NCBI GenBank assembly: GCA_964016885.1
Contig: OZ024741.1
Location: 18,166,001-18,230,000 of the forward strand
Direction of reading: 5' to 3'
Origin: Eledone cirrhosa
Taxonomy: Eukaryota
DNA length: 64,000 nt
Numbering within the stretch: position 1 is the first letter of the stretch; each line of letters begins with the position of its first letter. A program made the translations under genes and the position numbers. Shown piece by piece: positions 22,073 through 35,819 of this stretch. The notes beneath the pieces are model-generated. The model did no database searches, had not been told where the DNA came from, and was given only the letters and a program-made list of their open reading frames with translations.

Positions 22073-22716
22073 AGACAGACAGACAGACAGATAGACTGAC
22101 AGACAGATAGACTGACAGACAGATAGACTGACAGACAGATAGACTGACAGACAGATAGACTGACAGACAGATAGACTGACAAACAGATAGACAGACAGAC
22201 AGATAGACTGACAGACAGATAGACTGACAAACAGATAGACTGACAGACAGATAGACTGACAGACAGATAGACTGACAGACAGATAGACTGACAAACAGAT
22301 AGACTGACAGACAGATAGACTGACAGACAGATAGACTGACAGACAGATAGACTGACAGACAGATAGACTGACAGACAGATAGACTGACAGACAGATAGAC
22401 TGACAGACAGATAAACTGATAGACAGATAGACTGACAGACAGATAGACTGACAGACAGATAGACTGACAGACAGATAGACTGACAGACAGATAGACTGAC
22501 AGACAGATAGACTGACAGACAGATAGACGGACAGACAGATAGACTGACAGACAGATAGACTGACAGACAGATAGACTGACAAACAGATAGACTGACAAAC
22601 AGATAGACTGACAGACAGATAGACTGACAGACAGATAGACTGACAAACAGATAGACTGACAGACAGATAGACTGACAGACAGATAGACTGACAAACAGAT
22701 AGACTGACAGACAGAC
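22073..22716. repeat. 16-bp compound minisatellite (GATAGACTGACAGACA)n, about 40 copies
   Basis: Read directly. The same motif forms the spacers between Tx1 copies. Confidence 0.95.
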
Positions 22717-23089
22717 ATGGAGGTTAATAGTTTGACAGAGAGACAAAGAAAGAGAGGAACAAGTGTGTTGAGTAATGAGGAAGAAATAAAAGGAAAAGAT
22801 GAAAGCAACGACAAGGAAATTAGAAAGTCAGAACCAGTGAAGAGATATGTCAATATTCTATTAACCCTATTGATTTGTTCTACTGATTACGGCCAGTTAT
22901 GGTCAGTTAAGACTACTATGTAATTGTCAGTGATCAGTGATCACTACTAATTGGATGTAGTTTCATTGAGCTACAAATACCTCCACCAATGAAAGATATT
23001 ACGGGGAGAAATGGACATTAAGCACCCTGTGATTACATCGTAATTGCTTCAGTATTAACTGAAAGAACGGTCATGTATGTATGTGCGTG

Positions 23090-23200
<111 letters not shown>

Positions 23201-23235
23201 ATGTGTGTTTGTTTGTTTTTATGTATATTTATATA

Positions 23236-23285
<50 letters not shown>

Positions 23286-23331
23286 TATATATATAAATAT
23301 ATATATAAATATAAATATATATATATACATG

Positions 23332-23363
<32 letters not shown>

Positions 23364-23381
23364 AATATAAATATATATATA

Positions 23382-23421
<40 letters not shown>

Positions 23422-23440
23422 AATATATAAATATATATAC

Positions 23441-23474
<34 letters not shown>

Positions 23475-23498
23475 GCAGCAACACATATAAATATATAA

Positions 23499-23585
<87 letters not shown>

Positions 23586-23671
23586 GCAACACATATATTT
23601 GTTTGTTTGTATGTATGGATGGATGGAAACAAACATTAGAGGTCATGCGACTCTGCTTGGATACAATTATT

Positions 23672-26600
23672 CGGTGAATTGGCAGTATCGGTAGAGGGTC
23701 TGACGCCATGTTAGGGTGGTGGATTGGCAGTATTGGTAGAGGGTCGGACGCCATGTTAGGGTGGTTGATTGGTAGTATTGGTAGAGGGTCGGACGCCATG
23801 TTAGGGTGGTTGATTGGCAGTATCGGTAGAGGGTCGGACGCCATGTTAGGGTGGTTGATTGGTAGTATTGGTAGAGGGTCGGACGCCATGTTAGGGTGGT
23901 TGATTGGCAGTATCGGTAGAGGGTCGGACGCCATGTTAGGGTGGTGGATTGGCAGTATAGGTAGAGGGCTGGACGCCATGTTAGGGTGGTGGATTGGCAG
24001 TATCGGTAGAGGGTCGGACGCCATGTTAGGGTGGTTGATTGGCAGTATCGGTAGAGGGTCGGACGCCATGTTAGGGTGGTTGATTGGTAGTATTGGTTGA
24101 GGGTCGGACGCCATGTTAGGGTGGTTGATTGGCAGTATCGGTAGAGGGTCGGACGCCATGTTAGGGTGGTGGATTGGCAGTATCGTTAGAGGGTCGGACG
24201 CCATGTTAGGGTGGTTGATTGGTAGTATCGGTAGAGGGTCGGACGCCATGTTAGGGTGGTGGATTGGCAGTATCGGTAGAGGGTCGGACGCCATGTTAGG
24301 GTGGTTGATTGGCAGTATTGGTAGAGGGCTGGACGCCATGTTAGGGTGGTGGATTGGCAGTATTGGTAGAGGGCTGGACGCCATGTTAGGGTGGTGGATT
24401 GGCAGTATTGGTAGAGGGCTGGACGCCATGTTAGGGTGGTGGATTGGCAGTATAGGTAGAGGGCTGGACGCCATGTTAGGGTGGTGGATTGGCAGTATTG
24501 GTAGAGGGCTGGAAGCCATGTTAGGGTGGTGGATTGGCAGTATTGGTAGAGGGCTGGACGCCATGTTAGGGTGGTGGATTGGCAGTATTGGTAGAGGGCT
24601 GGACGCCATGTTAGGGTGGTGGATTGGCAGTATTGGTAGAGGGCTGGACGCCATGTTAGGGTGGTGGATTGGCAGTATAGGTAGAGGGCTGGACGCCATG
24701 TTAGGGTGGTGGATTGGCAGTATAGGTAGAGGGCTGGACGCCATGTTAGGGTGGTGGATTGGCAGTATAGGTAGAGGGCTGGACGCCATGTTAGGGTGGT
24801 GGATTGGCAGTATAGGTAGAGGGCTGGACGCCATGTTAGGGTGGTGGATTGGCAGTATAGGTAGAGGGCTGGACGCCATGTTAGGGTGGTGGATTGGCAG
24901 TATAGGTAGAGGGCTGGACGCCATGTTAGGGTGGTGGATTGGCAGTATAGGTAGAGGGCTGGACGCCATGTTAGGGTGGTGGATTGGCAGTATAGGTAGA
25001 GGGCTGGACGCCATGTTAGGGTGGTGGATTGGCAGTATAGGTAGAGGGCTGGACGCCATGTTAGGGTGGTGGATTGGCAGTATAGGTAGAGGGCTGGACG
25101 CCATGTTAGGGTGGTGGATTGGCAGTATTGGTAGAGGGCTGGACGCCATGTTAGGGTGGTGGATTGGCAGTATAGGTAGAGGGCTGGACGCCATGTTAGG
25201 GTGGTGGATTGGCAGTATAGGTAGAGGGCTGGACGCCATGTTAGGGTGGTGGATTGGCAGTATAGGTAGAGGGCTGGACGCCATGTTAGGGTGGTGGATT
25301 GGCAGTATAGGTAGAGGGCTGGACGCCATGTTAGGGTGGTGGATTGGCAGTATTGGTAGAGGGCTGGACGCCATGTTAGGGTGGTGGATTGGCAGTATTG
25401 GTAGAGGGCTGGACGCCATGTTAGGGTGGTGGATTGGCAGTATCGGTGGAGGGTCGGACGCCATGTTAGGGTGGTGGATTGGCAGTATCGGTGGAGGGTC
25501 GGACGCCATGTTAGGGTGGTGGATTGGCAGTATTGGTAGAGGGCTGGACGCCATGTTAGGGTGGTGGATTGGCAGTATAGGTAGAGGGCTGGACGCCATG
25601 TTAGGGTGGTGGATTGGCAGTATTGGTAGAGGACTGGACGCCATGTTAGGGTGGTGGATTGGCAGTATTGGTAGAGGGCTGGACGCCATGTTAAGGTGGT
25701 GGATTGGCAGTATTGGTAGAGGGCTGGACGCCATGTTAGGGTGGTGGATTGGCAGTATTGGTAGAGGGCTGGACGCCATGTTAGGGTGGTGGATTGGCAG
25801 TATTGGTAGAGGGCTGAACGCCATGTTAGGGTGGTGGATTGGCAGTATTGGTAGAGGGCTGGACGCCATGTTAGGGTGGTGGATTGGCAGTATAGGTAGA
25901 GGGCTGGACGCCATGTTAGGGTGGTGGATTGGCAGTATTGGTAGAGGGCTGGACGCCATGTTAGGGTGGTGGATTGGCAGTATTGGTAGAGGGCTGGACG
26001 CCATGTTAGGGTGGTGGATTGGCAGTATTGGTAGAGGGCTGGACGCCATGTTAGGGTGGTGGATTGGCAGTATTGGTAGAGGGCTGGACGCCATGTTAGG
26101 GTGGTGGATTGGCAGTATTGGTAGAGGGCTGGACGCCATGTTAGGGTGGTGGATTGGCAGTATTGGTAGAGGGCTGGACGCCATGTTAGGGTGGTGGATT
26201 GGCAGTATTGGTAGAGGGCTGGACGCCATGTTAGGGTGGTGGATTGGCAGTATTGGTAGAGGGCTGGACGCCATGTTAGGGTGGTGGATTGGCAGTATTG
26301 GTAGAGGGCTGGACGCCATGTTAGGGTGGTGGATTGGCAGTATTGGTAGAGGGCTGGACGCCATGTTAGGGTGGTGGATTGGCAGTATTGGTAGAGGGCT
26401 GGACGCCATGTTAGGGTGGTGGATTGGCAGTATTGGTAGAGGGCTGGACGCCATGTTAGGGTGGTGGATTGGCAGTATTGGTAGAGGGCTGGACGCCATG
26501 TTAGGGTGGTGGATTGGCAGTATTGGTAGAGGGCTGGACGCCATGTTAGGGTGGTGGATTGGCAGTATTGGTAGAGGGTCTGACGCCATGTTAGGGTGGT

Positions 26601-29600
26601 GGATTGGCAGTATTGGTAGAGGGCTGGACGCCATGTTAGGGTGGTGGATTGGCAGTATTGGTAGAGGGCTGGACGCCATGTTAGGGTGGTGGATTGGCAG
26701 TATTGGTAGAGGGCTGGACGCCATGTTAGGGTGGTGGATTGGCAGTATTGGTAGAGGGCTGGACGCCATGTTAGGGTGGTGGATTGGCAGTATTGGTAGA
26801 GGGCTGGACGCCATGTTAGGGTGGTGGATTGGCAGTATTGGTAGAGGGCTGGACGCCATGTTAGGGTGGTGGATTGGCAGTATTGGTAGAGGGCTGGACG
26901 CCATGTTAGGGTGGTGGATTGGCAGTATTGGTAGAGGGCTGGACGCCATGTTAGGGTGGTGGATTGGCAGTATTGGTAGAGGGCTGGACGCCATGTTAGG
27001 GTGGTGGATTGGCAGTATTGGTAGAGGGCTGGACGCCATGTTAGGGTGGTGGATTGGCAGTATTGGTAGAGGGCTGGACGCCATGTTAGGGTGGTGGATT
27101 GGCAGTATTGGTAGAGGGCTGGACGCCATGTTAGGGTGGTGGATTGGCAGTATCGGTAGAGGGCTGGACGCCATGTTAGGGTGGTGGATTGGCATTATCG
27201 GTAGAGGGCTGGACGCCATGTTAGGGTGGTGGATTGGCAGTATAGGTAGAGGGCTGGACGCCATGTTAGGGTGGTGGATTGGCAGTATAGGTAGAGGGCT
27301 GGACGCCATGTTAGGGTGGTGGATTGGCAGTATAGGTAGAGGGCTGGACGCCATGTTAGGGTGGTGGATTGGCAGTATAGGTAGAGGGCTGGACGCCATG
27401 TTAGGGTGGTGGATTGGCATTATCGGTAGAGGGCTGGACGCCATGTTAGGGTGGTGGATTGGCAGTATTGGTAGAGGGCTGGACGCCATGTTAGGGTGGT
27501 GGATTGGCAGTATAGGTAGAGGGCTGGACGCCATGTTAGGGTGGTGGATTGGCAGTATTGGTAGAGGACTGGACGCCATGTTAGGGTGGTGGATTGGCAG
27601 TATTGGTAGAGGGCTGGACGCCATGTTAAGGTGGTGGATTGGCAGTATTGGTAGAGGGCTGGACGCCATGTTAGGGTGGTGGATTGGCAGTATTGGTAGA
27701 GGGCTGGACGCCATGTTAGGGTGGTGGATTGGCAGTATTGGTAGAGGGCTGGACGCCATGTTAGGGTGGTGGATTGGCAGTATTGGTAGAGGGCTGGACG
27801 CCATGTTAGGGTGGTGGATTGGCAGTATAGGTAGAGGGCTGGACGCCATGTTAGGATGGTGGATTGGCAGTATTGGTAGAGGGCTGGACGCCATGTTAGG
27901 GTGGTGGATTGGCAGTATTGGTAGAGGGCTGGACGCCATGTTAGGGTGGTGGATTGGCAGTATTGGTAGAGGGCTGGACGCCATGTTAGGGTGGTGGATT
28001 GGCAGTATTGGTAGAGGGCTGGACGCCATGTTAGGGTGGTGGATTGGCAGTATTGGTAGAGGGCTGGACGCCATGTTAGGGTGGTGGATTGGCACTATTG
28101 GTAGAGGGCTGGACGCCATGTTAGGGTGGTGGATTGGCAGTATTGGTAGAGGGCTGGACGCCATGTTAGGGTGGTGGATTGGCAGTATTGGTAGAGGGCT
28201 GGACGCCATGTTAGGGTGGTGGATTGGCAGTATTGGTAGAGGGCTGGACGCCATGTTAGGGTGGTGGATTGGCAGTATTGGTAGAGGGCTGGACGCCATG
28301 TTAGGGTGGTGGATTGGCAGTATTGGTAGAGGGCTGGACGCCATGTTAGGGTGGTGGATTGGCAGTATTGGTAGAGGGCTGGACGCCATGTTAGGGTGGT
28401 GGATTGGCAGTATTGGTAGAGGGCTGGACGCCATGTTAGGGTGGTGGATTGGCAGTATTGGTAGAGGGCTGGACGCCATGTTAGGGTGGTGGATTGGCAG
28501 TATTGGTAGAGGGCTGGACGCCATGTTAGGGTGGTGGATTGGCAGTATTGGTAGAGGGTCTGACGCCATGTTAGGGTGGTGGATTGGCAGTATTGGTAGA
28601 GGGCTGGACGCCATGTTAGGGTGGTGGATTGGCAGTATTGGTAGAGGGCTGGACGCCATGTTAGGGTGGTGGATTGGCAGTATTGGTAGAGGGCTGGACG
28701 CCATGTTAGGGTGGTGGATTGGCAGTATTGGTAGAGGGCTGGACGCCATGTTAGGGTGGTGGATTGGCAGTATTGGTAGAGGGCTGGACGCCATGTTAGG
28801 GTGGTGGATTGGCAGTATTGGTAGAGGGCTGGACGCCATGTTAGGGTGGTGGATTGGCAGTATTGGTAGAGGGCTGGACGCCATGTTAGGGTCGTGGATT
28901 GGCAGTATTGGTAGAGGGCTGGACGCCATGTTAGGGTGGTGGATTGGCAGTATTATAGAGGGCTGGACGCCATGTTAGGGTGGTGGATTGGCAGTATTGG
29001 TAGAGGGCTGGACGCCATGTTAGGGTGGTGGATTGGCAGTATTGGTAGAGGGCTGGACGCCATGTTAGGGTGGTGGATTGGCAGTATTGGTAGAGGGCTG
29101 GACGCCATGTTAGGGTGGTGGATTGGCAGTATCGGTAGAGGGCTGGACGCCATGTTAGGGTGGTGGATTGGCATTATCGGTAGAGGGCTGGACGCCATGT
29201 TAGGGTGGTGGATTGGCAGTATCGGTAGACGGCTGGACGCCATGTTAGGGTGGTGGATTGGCAGTATCGGTAGAGGGCTGGACGCCATGCTAGGGTGGTG
29301 GATTGGCAGTATTGGTAGAGGGCTGGACGCCATGCTAGGGTGGTGGATTGGCAGTATTGGTAGAGGGCTGGACGCCATGCTAGGGTGGTGGATTGGCAGT
29401 ATTGGTAGAGGGCTGGACGCCATGTTAGAGTGGTGGATTGGCAGTATTGGTAGAGGGCTGGACGCCATGTTAGGGTGGTGGATTGGCAGTATTGGTAGAG
29501 GGCTGGACGCCATGTTAGGGTGGTGGATTAGCAGTATTGGTAGAGGGCTGGACGCCATGTTAGGGTGGTGGATTGGCAGTATTGGTAGAGGGCTGGACGC

Positions 29601-31317
29601 CATGTTAGGGTGGTGGATTGGCAGTATCGGTAGAGGGCTGGACGCCATGTTAGGGTGGTGGATTGGCAGTATTGGTAGAGGGCTGGACGCCATGTTAGGG
29701 TGGTGGATTGGCAGTATTGGTAGAGGGCTGGACGCCATGTTAGGGTGGTGGATTGGCAGTATCGGTAGAGGGCTGTACGCCATGTTAGGGTGGTGGATTG
29801 GCAGTATCTGCAGAGGGCTGGACGCCATGCTAGGGTGGTGGATTGGCAGTATTGGTAGAGGGCTGGACGCCATGCTAGGGTGGTGGATTGGCAGTATTGG
29901 TAGAGGGCTGGACGCCATGCTAGGGTGGTGGATTGGCAGTATTGGTAGAGGGCTGGACGCCATGTTAGGGTGGTGGATTGGCAGTATTGGTAGAGGGCTG
30001 GACGCCATTTTAGGGTGGTGGATTGGCAGTATTGGTAGAGGGCTGGACGCCATGTTAGGGTGGTGGATTGGCAGTATTGGTAGAGGGCTGGACGCCATGT
30101 TAGGGTGGTGGATTGGCAGTATTGGTAGAGGGCTGGACGCCATGTTAGGGTGGTGGATTGGCAGTATCGGTAGAGGGCTGGACGCCATGTTAGGGTGGTG
30201 GATTGGCAGTATTGGTAGAGGGCTGGACGCCATGTTAGGGTGGTGGATTGGCAGTATTGGTAGAGGGCTGGACGCCATGTTAGGGTGGTGGATTGGCAGT
30301 ATTGGTAGAGGGCTGGACGCCATGTTAGGGTGGTGGATTGGCAGTATTGGTAGAGGGCTGGACGCCATGTTAGGGTGGTGGATTGGCAGTATTGGTAGAG
30401 GGCTGGACGCCATGTTAGGGTGGTGGATTGGCAGTATTGGTAGAGGGCTGGACGCCATGTTAGGGTGGTGGATTGGCAGTATTGGTAGAGGCCTGGACGC
30501 CATGTTAGGTTGGTTTGATTGGCAATATTGGTAGAGGGCTGGACGCCATGTTAGGGTGGTGGATTGGCAGTATTGGTAGAGGGCTGGACGCCATGTTAGG
30601 GTGGTGGATTGGCAGTATTGGTAGAGGGCTGGATGCCATGTTAGGGTGGTGGATTGGCAGTATTGGTAGAGGGCTGGACGCCATGTTAGGGTGGTGGATT
30701 GGCAGTATTGGTAGAGGGCTGGACGCCATGTTCGGGTGGTGGATTGGCAGTATTGGTAGAGGGCTGGACGCCATGTTAGGGTGGTGGATTGGCAGTATTG
30801 TTAGAGGGCTGGACGCCATGTTAGGGTGGTGGATTGGCAGTATCGGTAGAGGGCTGGACGCCATGTTAGGGTGGTGGATTGGCAGTATTGGTAGAGGGCT
30901 GGACGCCATGTTAGGGTGGTGGATTGGCAGTATTGGTAGAGGGCTGGACGCCATGTTAGGGTGGTGGATTGGCAGTATTGGTAGAGGGCTGGACGCCATG
31001 TTAGGGTGGTGGATTGGCAGTATTGGTAGAGGGCTGGACGCCATGTTAGAGTGGTGGATTGGCAGTATCGGTAGAGGGCTGGACGCCATGTTAGGGTGGT
31101 GGATTGGCAGTATAGGTAGAGGCCTGGACGCCATGTTAGGGTGGTGGATTGGCAGTATCGGTAGAGGGCTGGACGCCATGTTAGGGTGGTGGATTGGCAG
31201 TATCGGTAGAGGGCTGGACGCCATGTTAGGGTGGTGGATTGGCAGTATCGGTAGAGGGTCTGACGCCATGTTAGGTTGGTGAATTGGCAGTATCGGTAGA
31301 GGGCTGGACGTCATGCT
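23672..31317 (+). repeat. 45-bp satellite (about 170 copies) derived from the SINE family 1 5' head
   Basis: Unit AGGGTGGTGGATTGGCAGTATTGGTAGAGGGCTGGACGCCATGTT matches SINE 5' ends at 63965-64000 and 63127-63165 (-), and runs directly into a SINE body. Confidence 0.95.
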
Positions 31318-31470
31318 TTCTAGCATAGTTACGTCCCTTTACGGTCTGAGTTCAAATCCCGTCGAGGTTAACTTTTCTTTTCCTTTCATCCTTACGGGGT
31401 CGATAAAATAAAGTACCAGTAATACACTGGGTTATTGCTGACCTTGTGCCAAATGTAGAAACAATTATTA
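31318..31470 (+). mobile_element. SINE family 1 body and tail terminating the 45-bp array
   Basis: B-box GAGTTCAAATCC at about 31348-31359 and the family tail GTGCCAAATGTAGAAACAATT. Confidence 0.85.
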
Positions 31471-31485
31471 GCTGTATAATCGATA

Positions 31486-32378
31486 TCACCTATACCACCA
31501 TCACCTATACCACCACCACCTATACCACCACCACTACCACCTCTACCATCACCTATACCACTACCATCACTTACACCACCACGACCACCTATACCACCAC
31601 CACTACCACCACCTATACCACTACCATCACCTATACCACCACCACTACCACCTCTACCATCACCTATACCACTACCATCACCTACACCACCACCACTACC
31701 ACCACCTATACCACTACCATCACCTATACCACCACCACAACCACCTCTACCATCACCTATACCACTACCATCACCTACACCACCACGACCACCTATACCA
31801 CCACCACTACCACCACCTATACCACTACCATCACCTATACCACCACCACCACCACCTCTACCATCACCTATACCACTACCATCACCTACACCACCACGAC
31901 CACCTATACCACCACCACTACCACCACCTATACCACTACCATCACCTATACCACCACCACCACCACCTCTACCATCACCTATACCACTACCATCACCTAC
32001 ACCACCACGACCACCTATACCACCACCACTACCACCACCTATACCACTACCATCACCTATACCACCACCACCACCACCTCTACCATCACCTATACCACTA
32101 CCATCACCTACACCACCACGACCACCTATACCACCACCACTACCACCACCTATACCACCACCACCACCACCTCTACCATCTCCTATACCACTACCATCAC
32201 CTACACCACCACGACCACCTATACCACCACCACTACCACCACCTATACCACTACCATCATCTATACCACCACCACTACCATCACCTATACCACTACCACC
32301 ACCTATACCACTACCCTCACCTACACCACCACCATCACCTATACCACTATCCTCACCTACACCACCACCTATACCACC
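31486..32378. repeat. ACC/TAT triplet-based minisatellite with an approximately 111-bp higher-order unit
   Basis: A 37-triplet block recurs and is visible in the Thr/Tyr ORF translation. Confidence 0.85.
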
Positions 32379-32457
32379 GTCTAAATAAGAAGAGTAGCGA
32401 GTGATTGTGTTTCCAGTGGTTTGTATATACGTTCATACACATACTGGTCCAGGTGTA

Positions 32458-32488
<31 letters not shown>

Positions 32489-32537
32489 CTTCTTCTTCTT
32501 CTTCTTCTTCTTCTTCTTCTTCTTCTTCTTCTTCTTC

Positions 32538-32835
32538 GTTTTCCGCCAATAGATTCAAGCAGCGTCTTTACATGCATACCCATTCTTTTTTTAACCCTTT
32601 AAGAAGGAATATAACGTCACTTTCAGCTTATATCTGGAGTCTAAAAGACAACCACACCCAATATAGGTTACACTGGGAGATTCTAGCTGGGGCTAGATCG
32701 TATAACGGAAATAAAAGACCATGTGACACTCTGCGCCGCTGAGGCCCAGGAAATACTCTACGCCACAGACCACATCTTAAACAAAAAATCTGAGGGAATT
32801 TCGGCTTGTAAACATAAATTGCACAAAACTTTCCT
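32538..32835 (+). pseudogene. Penelope-like element GIY-YIG endonuclease C-terminal remnant
   Basis: FKQRLYMHTHSF..TSLSAYIWSLK..Y.LHWEIL..A.SY....C then, after a frameshift, LCAAE..EIL..ILNKKSE..ACKH. This matches the PLE pattern FKxRxxxHxxSF..LSxYIWxLK..CxLCxxE..LNxxxE..CxH. Preceded by (TTC)n. Confidence 0.7.
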
Positions 32836-33263
32836 GTATTACAGCGCCACATTATACCCTAACGGATAGTACGAACTATACGCGGATAAGTTACGTCTTG
32901 ATGTGGTAGCTAAGTATATATCTATACCATTACTTATTTGTATAGGTAAGTATATATTACCAGTATGTTTTGCAAAGGTACGTATACTTTTTCGTACGTA
33001 TATTTGCTTGTACTTGTTAATGGCGTATATATTATATCATATATACTGGTACATGTGTATATGGTTATGTGTATACGTGAGTTTTGCGTTTGTGTGTGTA
33101 TGCGGGTTTGCACGTATGTAGGGTGTGTGTATATGTGTACTCTGCGTTTTGGTTGACGTACGTTTAGCGACATGTATTTACATGTAGGTATGTATGTGCG
33201 CGCGTTATATACGTATTTATGTGTGTATATTTATATACATTTATATAATTATATGTATACACG

Positions 33264-33309
<46 letters not shown>

Positions 33310-33965
33310 ATATATATTTTTATGTGTATTTGGTGTTTACGTTCGTATGTGTGCGGGTACAGGCGTTGCGTGGGTTTTTGTATGTGCGCGCGTGTTTTGT
33401 GTACGTGCTTGTATTTGCATACCCATGGCGGGTGTTTTCGCATTGCATGTATATTGTACGTATATGGATGCGTGCATGTATATATTTAATTATTGTTGAA
33501 TTCAATAACCTCTGTAATTTATTTACATTATTTTTAACTCTGAAGCCGAAAATCATTCGGTTTCCTAAATAGAATTTTAGTCTACGACTTCATTTATACC
33601 ATAGACGTGGTTTTGTCTTTGCGTGTAATTGTTCCCATCACTCCAAATAATGATGTATTATCTTCGTTTTTTTTCGTTCATTGCCAGGGAACGTCTTCAC
33701 GACCCAAAGTATCGTCTTCCTCTCTTCCTTGGGTTGCAACGTTTTTCGAAATATTTACTTCTGCGTTCACAGATTGATTTCTTTAGTTTCAGAAGATCCC
33801 ATTAAGGGTGAAAGCAGCGATTCTTTGCTTACACTTTAATCTGTTATTTTAATAAATATTTGCTCTACGGTTCTTATATATCTGATATATATTTTTATCC
33901 TTATCGAGCCCTCTTTGGATATTAGTCTTCAAAGTTTTTATTATTACTATATATATATATGTATG

Positions 33966-34059
<94 letters not shown>

Positions 34060-34347
34060 TATAGAGAAAAATACTGCAGGTAGCACATGGATAACATGTA
34101 ATAAAATAAGTCCCTCATCAGTGATTTGCCGAAGATCATAGATATTTCATTGCATTAAAAATCATATATCTCACGTCGGTGCAATAATAACCAAATTAAG
34201 TTATTAGGACAATTAAAACGCGTAAAGCGAGTGAGACAGGAGAACAACAGAGTAAAGCTAATATATAATTTAGTTTGGTATCTCTGAAATATGTATAATG
34301 AAATAAATATGGTTTTATAAATATAGTTTCCATTTATTAATATCGTA

Positions 34348-34428
<81 letters not shown>

Positions 34429-34562
34429 TTGTGTGTGTGTGTGTAGTTATACCGTCAGAGAATCTGGTTCATTATATCCCACACAGTAGTACGAGGGGAA
34501 CTCTTTAATGAAGATATAAAGTGTTTTTATTGCAATACATAGTCACACAAATGTATGTATGT

Positions 34563-34639
<77 letters not shown>

Positions 34640-34726
34640 TAAATGAAAAGTATAGAAATTGTTGTAGCGAGAAGCTAACAGTATTTCATAACATGTATTG
34701 TGTGTATGTATATATATATATTATAT

Positions 34727-34885
34727 ATAGGAACGAGTAGGACCCTGACGGCTGAGCTCAAGCCGTTTCGACGGCTAATTCTGGACTAATTTTAGTCCTA
34801 CTCGTTCCTATTACCCACTCTACTACCCTAAGTATTGAGTACTTTGGTGCGTTATGGTCCACCTGGTTCCTTACCACATTTCCTT
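34727..34885. repeat. Fold-back dispersed repeat family, copy 1
   Basis: Shares GACGGC.GAGCTCAAGCCGTTTCGACGGC and GTACT.TGGTGCGTTATGGTCCA with three other copies. Inverted repeat ATAGGAACGAGTAGGAC/GTCCTACTCGTTCCTAT. Confidence 0.7.
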
Positions 34886-35674
34886 ATATATATATATATA
34901 TATACATACATACAATACATACATTTGTGTGACTCTATGTATTGCAATAAAAACACTTTAGTTTTCTTTAAAAATAACACCCACCTAGTTTTATGTCTGC
35001 CTTATACTTGGATTCTGGGGCCTCTGTTGTATATATGCACTTGTGCATACATATATATATATACACACCTGTATGGATTTGTGTGTGTAGATGTGTGTGT
35101 GTCTGAGGGGGTAGGTGTGAGTGTATGTACAAGTCAACCAACATAAGTCTTTTTATTTCTAAATTTTCTAAACTATCTAAGTATTTGACTCTAACCATTA
35201 TTTTAAGTATTACCACCCCACATTAATTCCTCAATTTGTATGTGTGGATGTGTGTGTGTGTGGAGGTGGGTGTGAGTGTGTGTGCAAGCCAACCTACATA
35301 AGTCTTTTTATTTGTAAATGTTCTACTCTAACCATAATTTTCAGTAGCACCACTCCACATAAATTCCTCAATTTAAGACCTGTAGTATCTATTTCATACT
35401 ATTAACCTTAATTGAATATATATCTGACCAGGAATGCATTTTGTGAAAATCAGTCATATGGAACTATTGTCATCTTGCCTGACGGTTTGAACTTTACAAC
35501 ACCACTTGCCTCTTTGAGGTCAAATACCAACCCTACTAGCATCTACAAACTGACCAATGAGAATTAAGACTATTCCTGCTGACAACATTAAATTATTCCT
35601 AACAAGCTCATATGTCCCAAGGCTCTGATACCAACGACACTATAAACACAAAGCTGGCATATCTAAGAACTGAC

Positions 35675-35734
35675 TAACTGCCTGAAGAGGTCATAGCCAT
35701 TCAATGGCTATCATCGAAATATATATAGCAGTTA
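35675..35734 (+). ncRNA. Type I hammerhead ribozyme (Penelope-like 3' end)
   Basis: TAACTGC-CTGAAGA-GGTC-ATAGCCAT-TCA-ATGGCTAT-CATC-GAAA-T-ATAT-ATA-GCAGTTA, followed by AATAAA. Confidence 0.8.
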
Positions 35735-35773
35735 ATAAAGGATTATGAGTTCATGCAATTGACTTATGTTTCG

Positions 35774-35809
<36 letters not shown>

Positions 35810-35819
35810 ACAAACAAAG

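Noticed and set aside
22019-22853. ORFs over the GATA/GACA, TA, CA, GA and CCAA microsatellites (here and elsewhere)
   Set aside because: Low-complexity translation artefacts.
23672-31317. TTAGGG in each unit as a telomere or subtelomere signal
   Set aside because: One hexamer per unit is created at the junction, the 44-kb array mostly has CTAGGG instead, and there is no tandem (TTAGGG)n.
31446-32384. 312-aa Thr/Tyr mucin-like ORF
   Set aside because: It begins inside a SINE tail at a non-ATG codon, is a pure triplet minisatellite and has no splice evidence.
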